Below the pieces are notes generated by a model that saw only the letters and a program-made list of their open reading frames with translations, was not told the origin of the DNA and did no database searches. Position numbers and translations under genes: made by a program. 64,000 nucleotides of DNA from Muribaculaceae bacterium (lineage in GTDB: Bacteria; Bacteroidota; Bacteroidia; Bacteroidales; Muribaculaceae), in contig JAFZSO010000026.1 of NCBI GenBank assembly GCA_017619355.1, positions 3,969 to 67,968 on the forward strand, given 5' to 3'. This document shows positions 1-8,258 of this stretch, one piece after another. Position 1 is the stretch's first letter, and each line of letters opens with the position of its first letter.

Positions 1-163
1 CGTAAATTACTTGGGTGGTAGTACCCTGAGTGTCCCAATACATCATGTTCAGGGGCACGGTGCTACTGGTGTTGGTGCCTTCACCAACAGTGAGAGTTTC
101 TTGAGCGCTCAACGCAAAAGCGCCGGCACACATGATTACCAAGGAAAGTAAAAACTTCTTCAT
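1..163 (-). CDS. 5' part of a secreted protein (runs off the window edge)
   Basis: ATG at 163 gives MKKFLLSLVIMCAGAFALSA-QETLTVGEGTNTSSTVPLNMMYWDTQGTTTQVIY with a Sec signal peptide; a TAATTTTG -7 box lies on the minus strand at 273-280. Confidence 0.8.
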   Translation of the reverse strand, partial: MKKFLLSLVIMCAGAFALSAQETLTVGEGTNTSSTVPLNMMYWDTQGTTTQVIY

Positions 164-475
164 AGTTTAATTAAGTGTTAAATAGTTAATGAATCGTTTA
201 ATTATGAAGTAAACATTATTAGGAAAGTACGTATCACAAAAAGTCAGGTTTTTCTTTGGTGTATTTCGACCACAAAATTACAACAAATTATTCATTCGCC
301 ATAATGTTTGCATAAAAAAAATTGCCCAAACCTGACGGTCAAACAATGTTAAACCGCTATCAAGACCAAAAAGTGCCTCAAAGAGGAACTTTATCCAGAG
401 CATCGCTGAACAGTTACGCTTCAGAAACTTAAATTAAAATATTGTTAAAAAATATCAAATTTCACCCCTCCACTC

Positions 476-505
476 TTGACAATACGCGAAAAAGCAGTAC
501 CTTTG
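476..505 (+). promoter_or_regulatory. Bacteroidetes sigma-A promoter of tRNA-fMet
   Basis: TTG at 476-478 and TACCTTTG (TAnnTTTG) at 498-505, 11 nt before the tRNA. Confidence 0.8.
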
Positions 506-516
506 CAGTCGCATAT

Positions 517-588
<72 letters not shown>

Positions 589-596
589 CTTAACTC

Positions 597-628
597 AAAG
601 AGACTGAAGTAATTCAGCCTCTTTTTTT
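597..628 (+). terminator. intrinsic terminator after tRNA-fMet
   Basis: AAAGAGACTGAA/TTCAGCCTCTTT stem followed by a T-tract. Confidence 0.75.
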
Positions 629-739
629 GTTTTTTCACAAGTCATATCACCGGTCAAATATGACCGCATTTTTTTTTGACGGCCCATGCATCGGCATCTC
701 ATCTTTTTTCATTAACTTTGCAGAAACAATCATCAGCAC

Positions 740-1237
740 ATGGAGAACTTTGCCGCCATTGATTTCGAGACCGCCAACCAGCACGCCAGCAGCGTGTGCA
801 GTGTGGGTGTGGTCATTGTCCGCAATGGCGAGATTGTCAACAGCTTCTATTCACTTATCCAACCAGAACCCAACTACTACATCTACTGGTGCCAGCGTGT
901 GCATGGACTCGGGCACGCCGACACCGACTCGGCACCTGTCTTCCCTCAGGTGTGGGCACAAATCGAGCCGCTCATTGAAGGACTGCCTCTCGTGGCGCAC
1001 AACAAGCAATTCGACGAGGGCTGCCTGCGTGCCGTCATGCGCTGCTATAAGATGACCTACCCCGACTACGCTTTTTTCTGCACCCTGCAGGCGGCTCGGC
1101 GCCAACTCAGGCACCTGCATCTGCCCAACTATCAGCTCCAGACCGTGGCTGCAGCCTGCGGATTCGACCTCACACAACACCACCACGCCCTGGCCGACGC
1201 TCAAGCCTGCGCCGCCATCGCCCTCCAGCTCCTCTAA
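740..1237 (+). CDS. DEDDh 3'-5' exonuclease (DNA polymerase III epsilon-like)
   Basis: AAIDFETAN, LVAHNKQFD and HHALADA motifs; TAACTTTG promoter at 713-720. Confidence 0.92.
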   Translation: MENFAAIDFETANQHASSVCSVGVVIVRNGEIVNSFYSLIQPEPNYYIYWCQRVHGLGHADTDSAPVFPQVWAQIEPLIEGLPLVAHNKQFDEGCLRAVMRCYKMTYPDYAFFCTLQAARRQLRHLHLPNYQLQTVAAACGFDLTQHHHALADAQACAAIALQLL

Positions 1238-1255
1238 ACCCAGCAAAGACAGTAA

Positions 1256-1296
1256 TCTAAACCTCACTGTTTTGCCCACATTTAGACCACCATCAA
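1256..1296 (+). repeat. outer direct repeat R1 (copy R2 at 2881-2921)
   Basis: TCTAAACCTCACTGTTTTGCCCACATTTAGACCACCATCAA matches R2 at 34/41; internal TCTAAA..TTTAGA inverted repeat. Confidence 0.8.
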
Positions 1297-1348
1297 CATT
1301 TTTTCTTACTTTTTGGGGAATCATCGAGCTCTATTCAAATCTTACTTA

Positions 1349-1386
1349 ATTCGATATTTTTGCGGAATTCCGCAAAAATATCAACT
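1349..1386. repeat. palindromic inner direct repeat P1 (copy P2 at 2653-2690)
   Basis: contains the perfect 30-bp palindrome GATATTTTTGCGGAATTCCGCAAAAATATC (1353-1382); matches P2 at 32/38. Confidence 0.9.
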
Positions 1387-1390
1387 ACCA

Positions 1391-2647
1391 TTATATTCTC
1401 AGACTATTCTCATCCATAAGAAAATCATAGATACTGAGAAATAAAACCCCGTTATCATCTTGATGCTTGACAGAGTGAAAACCTGTAATCACCACTTTTT
1501 GAAAAGAGTCATTAATATGGCACAATGATTTCAATTCCTGTTCTCTTTTTGACTCATCCGGGATATTATATGCCGATTGTATGTAATAACGCCTATAACC
1601 TCTATTGCACACAAAATCCACTTCTAAGTATTTGCGCACGTTTTTCCCATCAGACGTCACCTCATTAATAAGCACTTCGCCCACATCTACCGACATGCCT
1701 CTCATTCTCAATTCATTATAAACCAGATTCTCCATTAAATGAGGTTCTTCTATTTGTCTAAAATTCAATCTTGCGTTCCTGAGGCCCAAATCCTCAAAAT
1801 AATATTTTGCCGGTGTCTCAAGATAACGTTTTCCTTTAATATCATATCTAACTGATTTCTCAATCAGGAATGCATCTTGGAGATAGTCCAAATACTTTTT
1901 AATAGTATCTTGTGATATCGAACTATGTTTGACCGACTGAAAAGTATTTGCTAATTTTCTTGGATTTGTTAGCCCGCCAATCGCAGAAGCAAGCATGGTG
2001 ATCAGGTCCTCTAAATCACTATCAAGCTGAATGTGATAACGTTCTTTAATATCGCGCAAATAAGTGTGAGTAAACAAGGATTTCAACAAATTCTCTCGTT
2101 CTCTATCTTCACTCATCGTTGCAACTTGAGGAAGGCCACCATAGGTCATATATTCAAGCAAAACCTCATCTATCGATTGACCAGTACGGGTAGCAACAAA
2201 CTCAGCAAACGAAAGCGGGGACATTTTTATCTCATAGCCACGGCCTCGAAACTCAGTAATCACATCCTTTGACAAGAACTTGGCATTTGAACCAGTAACA
2301 TAAACATCGGCATTTGACACATGAAGAAAACTATTTAGAACATCTTCAAACTCTTCCACCATCTGCACTTCGTCGAGCAAAATATAGAACATACCTTCAT
2401 CCGTCAGTTGGCTGTCTATATACCTCAGCAGGGTATCGGGATTTCGCAACTCCAAATTGCGTCTATCTTCCAAATTGATTTTGATGATATGCTGTGAGTC
2501 CACCCCTTCGGCCTTCAAGGCGTTAGCAAAGAGATTGAAAAGCAAGTATGATTTGCCGCAACGTCGCATACCGGTAATGACTTTTATCATACCATTATGC
2601 CTACTATTTAAAAGCCGTTGCAAATGGTTGTCACGTTTAATTTCCAT
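1391..2647 (-). CDS. AAA_14 ATPase with C-terminal DUF4143 (HTH and PD-(D/E)xK-like) domain
   Basis: Walker A GMRRCGKS, Walker B ILLDEVQ, VTGSNA, YMTYGGLP, KYYFEDLGLRN, C-terminal EVDFV..YIQ; AT-rich. Confidence 0.9.
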   Translation of the reverse strand: MEIKRDNHLQRLLNSRHNGMIKVITGMRRCGKSYLLFNLFANALKAEGVDSQHIIKINLEDRRNLELRNPDTLLRYIDSQLTDEGMFYILLDEVQMVEEFEDVLNSFLHVSNADVYVTGSNAKFLSKDVITEFRGRGYEIKMSPLSFAEFVATRTGQSIDEVLLEYMTYGGLPQVATMSEDRERENLLKSLFTHTYLRDIKERYHIQLDSDLEDLITMLASAIGGLTNPRKLANTFQSVKHSSISQDTIKKYLDYLQDAFLIEKSVRYDIKGKRYLETPAKYYFEDLGLRNARLNFRQIEEPHLMENLVYNELRMRGMSVDVGEVLINEVTSDGKNVRKYLEVDFVCNRGYRRYYIQSAYNIPDESKREQELKSLCHINDSFQKVVITGFHSVKHQDDNGVLFLSIYDFLMDENSLRI

Positions 2648-2652
2648 AATTC

Positions 2653-2690
2653 ATTCGATATTTTTGCGGGTTTCCGCAATTATGTCGACT
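2653..2690. repeat. palindromic inner direct repeat P2, possible operator, between the promoter and the ATG of the AAA gene
   Basis: ATTCGATATTTTTGCGGGTTTCCGCAATTATGTCGACT; minus-strand TAACTTTG -7 box immediately outside at 2692-2699. Confidence 0.85.
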
Positions 2691-2802
2691 GCAAAGTTAC
2701 GTATTTTTTCCATAGAAACAACACCTTATTGCATTTTTTTCATTAAAAATGAAGTTCATGATAGTCTCATTATCCACTATTCCAAACAATAAGCTCATTT
2801 CA

Positions 2803-2840
2803 TTATCCGCGAAAGCACAAAAACACACTTTCGCGGGTAA
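2803..2840. repeat. inverted repeat, 12/13 bp arms with a 12-nt spacer
   Basis: TTATCCGCGAAAG (2803-2815) / CTTTCGCGGGTAA (2828-2840). Confidence 0.75.
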
Positions 2841-2880
2841 ATAAACGGGCACTAATCGACCCGATAAAAATCGATGGCAG

Positions 2881-2921
2881 TCTAAATCCCACTTTTTTAC
2901 CCGCATTTAGACTAGCATCAA
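2881..2921 (+). repeat. outer direct repeat R2
   Basis: TCTAAATCCCACTTTTTTACCCGCATTTAGACTAGCATCAA; overlaps the 9-bp inverted repeat AGTCTAAAT..ATTTAGACT (2879-2913). Confidence 0.8.
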
Positions 2922-2944
2922 TCTAATTCTCCATGGTGATTCAT

Positions 2945-3634
2945 TTAAAAAAAATCCTCTGAATAGAATCTAAAGATGAATATGGGTCTACTGAAATCAT
3001 CTTCATAGTCCTTACTGAGTCGATCCCAACTCTTTTCATGACCAATTTCACAAGTCATACAATATTCGCTTTTCTGATACACTACACCATATCCATCTAC
3101 AACCTTTTTCGCTGAAAAACCTTCCCCCATAAGCGACTGCAAGAAATCGGTAGCAGCTATCTCGTTATAGAAACAAACATCAACAGAAACCAGACTGCCA
3201 TCTTCAGCGCCAATACAAGTTGAAATGGAATGTCCTTTTGGTTCTTCTGCAATAAACTTTCTATCATGTCCCTTGTTTACACGCATCCTTCCACCTTTAA
3301 CAAATTCTTCACCAAGAGCATCAGAATAATAGTATTGACCGTAATCAACCTTTAAATATCCAAGGTTAACCATATACTTAACTAATTCGCTCTCCTTATT
3401 ACCATTGTAAAAAGAATAAAGCTGTTTTACAATATTGAATATTTCAATACCCAATGATTCAGTTGACGTCAATGATTCATGATGAAGAACTTCTTCTCTT
3501 GACGAAGCACTTGCTTCTGGTCTTGGTTCTAATTGCTCGTTTTTAAACCTTTGAGCATTAACCTTTCCGCATCCTGAGAGAGAAATAGTAATGGCAATTA
3601 TAACAAAAGGACTGATGACTGTAGATAATCTCAT
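2945..3634 (-). CDS. hypothetical lipoprotein
   Basis: 229-aa ORF with a hydrophobic N-terminus ending in the lipobox LSG-C; AT-rich. Confidence 0.75.
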   Translation of the reverse strand: MRLSTVISPFVIIAITISLSGCGKVNAQRFKNEQLEPRPEASASSREEVLHHESLTSTESLGIEIFNIVKQLYSFYNGNKESELVKYMVNLGYLKVDYGQYYYSDALGEEFVKGGRMRVNKGHDRKFIAEEPKGHSISTCIGAEDGSLVSVDVCFYNEIAATDFLQSLMGEGFSAKKVVDGYGVVYQKSEYCMTCEIGHEKSWDRLSKDYEDDFSRPIFIFRFYSEDFF

Positions 3635-3680
3635 AGCATTTTAAATATAATATGACTAATTTATTGAATTTCAAAATATA

Positions 3681-4394
3681 TTAATATCCATTAGCATTAA
3701 TTCTGGCATTAAGTACATCATAACCTTTGAGAATCTGTTGCCACTCTTGAGGCAACTTTGATTTAGAACTGGTGCTAATGGCAATGTGCCTTCCTTTGTG
3801 AACTGTATATCTATTCTTTACACCATGTTGTTTATATTCATTAGGATCTGAAATTTCTACTAAATAATCAATTTCAGTTATCTTATTTCCAGTTAACTTA
3901 TATCTATAAAAATAAGTTGAACACCAAGAACCAGAGCTTAATCCTAGCATCATCTTTGTCGAGGGTTGAAGCAACAAACGTCCATCGCATCCCTCAGAAC
4001 GAAGGAATCTTCTTTGACGAGAGTCCCAAACAAGTAGTGTCCAATTAGTACGGGCTTCTGCATGCCCAATTAGAATGTCAACATAACCATCAAAATTTGC
4101 ATCCAAAAAGTGTACCGGTTTAAATATTGGCCCAACTGACAGTTCTTTAAATGATTGAAGCAACTTTCCATCATAGTAGATTTTCGCTGTTACATCAAAT
4201 TCTTTTCCAGTGACTACGACTTTTAGATGATTCATTTTTGTTGGAAGGTCTAATTCTGATATAAAACCGTATTTATTAGCCTTAACAACAGGTGCACTCA
4301 TATCTTTGGCAATGGATTGCCCGCCATAGCACAAAACAAAAGTGGCAATTCCAACAGCAATAATCGCTTTCCGATTAAAATCTTTCATTTTCAT
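3681..4394 (-). CDS. exported hypothetical protein with a DxNFDGxxD motif (XAC2610-like)
   Basis: signal peptide; HFLDANFDGYVDILI Ca-binding-type motif; beta-rich composition. Confidence 0.65.
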   Translation of the reverse strand: MKMKDFNRKAIIAVGIATFVLCYGGQSIAKDMSAPVVKANKYGFISELDLPTKMNHLKVVVTGKEFDVTAKIYYDGKLLQSFKELSVGPIFKPVHFLDANFDGYVDILIGHAEARTNWTLLVWDSRQRRFLRSEGCDGRLLLQPSTKMMLGLSSGSWCSTYFYRYKLTGNKITEIDYLVEISDPNEYKQHGVKNRYTVHKGRHIAISTSSKSKLPQEWQQILKGYDVLNARINANGY

Positions 4395-4520
4395 AGTTCT
4401 ATAGTTTTTGTTTCGTTAGTAATTTTCGGACAAAAATAGAGGCATTGTCTGCCATATTGGGGCATATGTTGCATTATTTTGGCTCACACTTGATAATTGG
4501 AAACGGGTACATACACAAAA

Positions 4521-4740
4521 GAAAGCGCAGACTGCTTATGCCACGCTTTGTAATCTGACGGTCCTGAGAAAACCTAAACACAAAAAGGGGATAATGAATG
4601 CAGCCCACGCCTATCGCGTGGAAGCCACCTTGCCTGCCCTCTTGTGTTCATTCGAAAATTTCTCAGGTTTTCAGATTACAAGAATCAGCATGTCGCTTCG
4701 TTTTATCAAAATGTCGGTGGACCGCTTTCGCAATCCACTC
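4521..4740 (-). ncRNA. putative long structured 5' leader RNA upstream of the two AT-rich exported-protein genes
   Basis: minus-strand TATATTTG box at 4742-4749; nested stems 4548-4558/4671-4681, 4563-4571/4659-4667, 4577-4589/4637-4648, 4605-4610/4616-4621; 5' hairpin 4717-4738 with a GAAA loop on the minus strand. Confidence 0.7.
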
Positions 4741-4836
4741 GCAAATATACATCTTTTTTTGATAATCACCACATTTTCCCAAAAAAAATCACACGATTTA
4801 TCTGTCGACGGATATTTTAATAAAGCGAGCACTGTT

Positions 4837-4908
4837 AACGGCGAAGCCGTTGTAATTTTTCATAATATAATTTTAGCACGCAGTGCTGTAATTTTAAGTG
4901 CGAAGCAC
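4837..4908 (+). repeat. three c-GNA-g triloop mini-hairpins separated by TAATTTT motifs
   Basis: AACGGC-GAA-GCCGTT (4837-4851), AGCAC-GCA-GTGCT (4875-4887), GTGC-GAA-GCAC (4898-4908). Confidence 0.7.
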
Positions 4909-4993
4909 GGCCTCCCCGACCTCAAAAAAACGGACATTCACGGAAACCTCCCTTACTCCTCAACTCCTTAGAAACACCTGCTTCGTGTGAGAA

Positions 4994-5701
4994 CTATTCT
5001 TGGCGGCGGAGGGTGCGGAGGTAGGACTTCTGCGCGGGGGTGATGCGGTAGCTTTCGATGGCCTTTTGAATCGTCTTGTTGTGCGTGAAGCGGTCAAACC
5101 GATAGTTCCCATTGGCATCGGGCAAGAGATAGGGCATTGCCGCTTCAGGCTGTTTGGCAAGCGCTGTGGCAAAGTACCATGCTTGCATCATCTGCACATA
5201 ATATTCCTCGCGTTTCACCTGCGCCACCATCTCCAGGTAGCAAGGTTCGAAGTCATCATCCAGATAAAGTGCCATGAGCCGGCCCATGCCATAACGCACC
5301 GTGTAGTCGTGCGGCGACGCCAGCCATGCCGTGATGTGCTCCAGCAGTTCTGGCTTGTGACGGGCAAACACCTTGGGGCTCATCTGGTCGCAAGTGGCCC
5401 AGTTATCCACATAGGGCAGGAATCGCTCCAGCTCGGCCATGCACTGATTATAGTCACGCATGAGCGAAATGATGAACGCATGCAGCTGATTTTCTTCGTG
5501 ATAGCGGTGCGGTACATCGGCAAGGAACTCGCCCACATCACTGCGTTTCAGCACTTCCTTGGCCATGTCGCGCAGCACTGGCGTGCGAATCGCCAGAATG
5601 CGACCCGAATCGATAGTCGGGAATAGCTTGCTCACAAACTCCACATTCTTCTCGTCGCGCAGTCCCTCCAGGCGCTGTCTGATTTCTTCTATTATATTCA
5701 T
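4994..5701 (-). CDS. DNA alkylation repair protein (AlkD-like HEAT repeat)
   Basis: PHRYHEE, VDNWATCD, EEYYVQMMQAWYFATALAKQ and NKTIQKAIESYRI motifs. Confidence 0.88.
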   Translation of the reverse strand: MNIIEEIRQRLEGLRDEKNVEFVSKLFPTIDSGRILAIRTPVLRDMAKEVLKRSDVGEFLADVPHRYHEENQLHAFIISLMRDYNQCMAELERFLPYVDNWATCDQMSPKVFARHKPELLEHITAWLASPHDYTVRYGMGRLMALYLDDDFEPCYLEMVAQVKREEYYVQMMQAWYFATALAKQPEAAMPYLLPDANGNYRFDRFTHNKTIQKAIESYRITPAQKSYLRTLRRQE

Positions 5702-5863
5702 CTTGATTTACTTTGTTTTGTTTTCACAAAATTAATCAAAAAACGGGAACTTGTCGCCAAGCGATTCACGATTTGATGAAAAAAGTATGTGCTTGGTCTT
5801 GGTAATAAGTCATGAAATCACTAATTTTGCAATGATTCAGACATAAAAGAAAAAAGTAATAAA

Positions 5864-7789
5864 ATGACAGCAAAAAAATTATACCACCGCTTTGCCATGC
5901 TCCTGCTGGCACTTGTACCGTTCACCGCCACGGCCTACGAATTTATGGTCGATGGCATCGCCTATTATCGTAACTACGGCACTACATCAGTGACTGTAAC
6001 TTACGGAGGTGATTATTCAGGCGAAATAATTATACCAGAGGAAGTTTCCTATAATGGCACAACTTACTCCGTCACACACATTGGCGACCATGCCTTCGGT
6101 GGCTGTACCGAGATGACAAGCGTTACCATCCCGAATTCAGTCACATACATTGACGAAGGCGCGTTCGCTCACTGTAGCGGTCTGACCAGTTTGTCCATTC
6201 CCAGTTCTGTCACCCATATCAGATCGTGTTTGTTCTGGGGCGACGGCGTGGAAGGTTCCTTCATAGGTTGCTCCAATTTGGGAACAATTACAGTTGATAG
6301 CGGAAATACCACATTCGATTCCCGCAACAATTGAAATGCCATTATTGAGACGGCAACTAATTCCTTAATTGCCGGTTGCAAGAACACCACCATCCCCAGT
6401 TCGGTCAAACACATCGGTGACGGTGCCTTTTATGGCAGCGGGCTGACGAGCGTGACCATCCCTAACTCAATCACAGAAATCGGTGATGGTGCTTTCTCTA
6501 ACTGCAGCGAACTGACGAGCATGACTATCTCCAACTCCGTCACATACTTCGGTTACGGTGTCTTCAGTGAATGTAGTTCGCTATCGTGCTTAACTTTAAT
6601 TGGTCAAGGTGCTTTTGCACATGACTATGGCGACGAACATGGAATTGACTTCCCCAACGATCAAATCAAAACCTTAAATATTGGCTCAGGCATCACCGCA
6701 GTGGGTGGTTATGGTTTTACTCCCGAGGTGGTAAACTGCTATGCCGCTACACCCCCCGCTTGCTCAAGTTACACATTTAGGAACTACGATGGGGCGCTGC
6801 ATGTGCCTACGGCTTCATTAATCGATTATATGACTGCCAACTACTGGCAGAACTTCATGAATGTCAACCCCGACATTAACGAAACGATCACTCTCGACCA
6901 GAACAACGCCACTATTGCTCTTAACGAGACCTTGCAACTGGAAGCAACCACATTGCCCAATGGGAGCGGTATGACCTGGAGCACTACCAAGCCCGGTGTT
7001 GCCACAGTCGACGAGAACGGGCTGGTCACTGCCAAAAGTTTGGGCGACTGCTACATCTATGCCACACAGGCTTCGAATGAGGCTGTTTACGCATGGTGCC
7101 ACATCACTGTCACCTACCCCGAAATCGAGTCGGTCACGCTCAGCGAGCATGAGTTGCAGCTCAACCTGGGCGACAGCACCACGCTCACAGCAACCACCAA
7201 TCCCGTCAACACAGGTCCCACTCCCACATGGACCACGACCGACGCCGCCGTGGCCACCGTCGATGCCAACGGCTTGGTTAAGGCTGTGTACCTTGGCGAG
7301 TGTGACATCATCGTCACCGTGCTCGGCAAGAGCGACACCTGCCACGTGACTGTGTCGGGCAATATCGTCATCACCCTCGACCAACACGAGTTGACAATCG
7401 ACATCAACCATGTGGGCACGATTGTTCCGACCTGCACACCTGTCGCAACTAACCTTGTGGTCACCTCAAGCGACCCCGATGTAGTGTTTGCCCGGCTTAT
7501 CAACGGAATTGTCCAGGTCGTAGGCCGCCAGTATGGCACAAGCACTGTTACCGTGTCATCGGTCGACGGCATGGCCACGCCCGACTCGTGCGTCGTGACG
7601 GTGGCTGCGGCAAATTCTGGCGATGTGAATGGCGACGGCAAGGTGAATGTGAGCGATGTGACCATGCTGGTGAACATGATTTTAGGCACCGCGACCATGA
7701 ACCAGGAAGCAGCCGATGTGAACGGCGACGGCCGCGTGAATGTGAGCGATGTCACGGCCCTGATCAATATCATCCTGGGCGTCATTTAG
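5864..7789 (+). pseudogene. BspA-type leucine-rich repeat, Big_2 Ig-like and C-terminal dockerin protein interrupted by one in-frame TGA (6332-6334)
   Basis: ORFs 5864-6334 and 6452-7789 share a frame; read-through gives DSRNN*NAIIETATNSLIAGCKNT; signal peptide, TIPNSVTxIG repeats, VATVDxNGLVxA Ig repeats, paired GDVNGDG dockerin at 7619-7786. Confidence 0.8.
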
Positions 7790-7874
7790 TTGTCCAGCGA
7801 TACAACAGAGAGCGGTTGCGAAATTCGGGAAAAAAGTGTAACTTTGCCTTTCTATTGTTTTAATGTAATATAGA

Positions 7875-8258
7875 ATGAAGATTTATAGGAGCAAACGCAT
7901 ACCCTTCAAGGGTTTCGCCGCAATCAACCTCTTCGGGTTCATTGTGGTGCGCAAGGGTGTGTTCGCCAACGAAACGCTGCTCAACCACGAGCGCATCCAC
8001 ACGGCACAGATGCGTGAACTGGGCTTCATCTTCTTCTATGTGTTTTACGGGCTCGAATGGCTCATCAGACTGCCATTCAAGGGCAATGCCTACCGCAAAA
8101 TCTCCTTCGAGCAGGAGGCCTATGACCACCAGAACGAACCATCTTACCTCGAGGTGCGCAAGCACTTTGCTCCCTACCGCTTCTATCTGCTGAAACGCAA
8201 GAAAAAGAAAACCCAAAAGAAACGAAACAAAACCAAACGCTTCGACCCCACACTATGA
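7875..8258 (+). CDS. small membrane protein with HExxH motif (putative metallopeptidase)
   Basis: AINLFG, LNHERIHTAQ and ISFEQEAY motifs; ATGA overlap with dacB. Confidence 0.75.
   Translation: MKIYRSKRIPFKGFAAINLFGFIVVRKGVFANETLLNHERIHTAQMRELGFIFFYVFYGLEWLIRLPFKGNAYRKISFEQEAYDHQNEPSYLEVRKHFAPYRFYLLKRKKKKTQKKRNKTKRFDPTL

Noticed and set aside
4594-4971. 125-aa ORF over the structured leader
   Set aside because: No motifs; the sequence is better explained by base-pairing and a minus-strand promoter.
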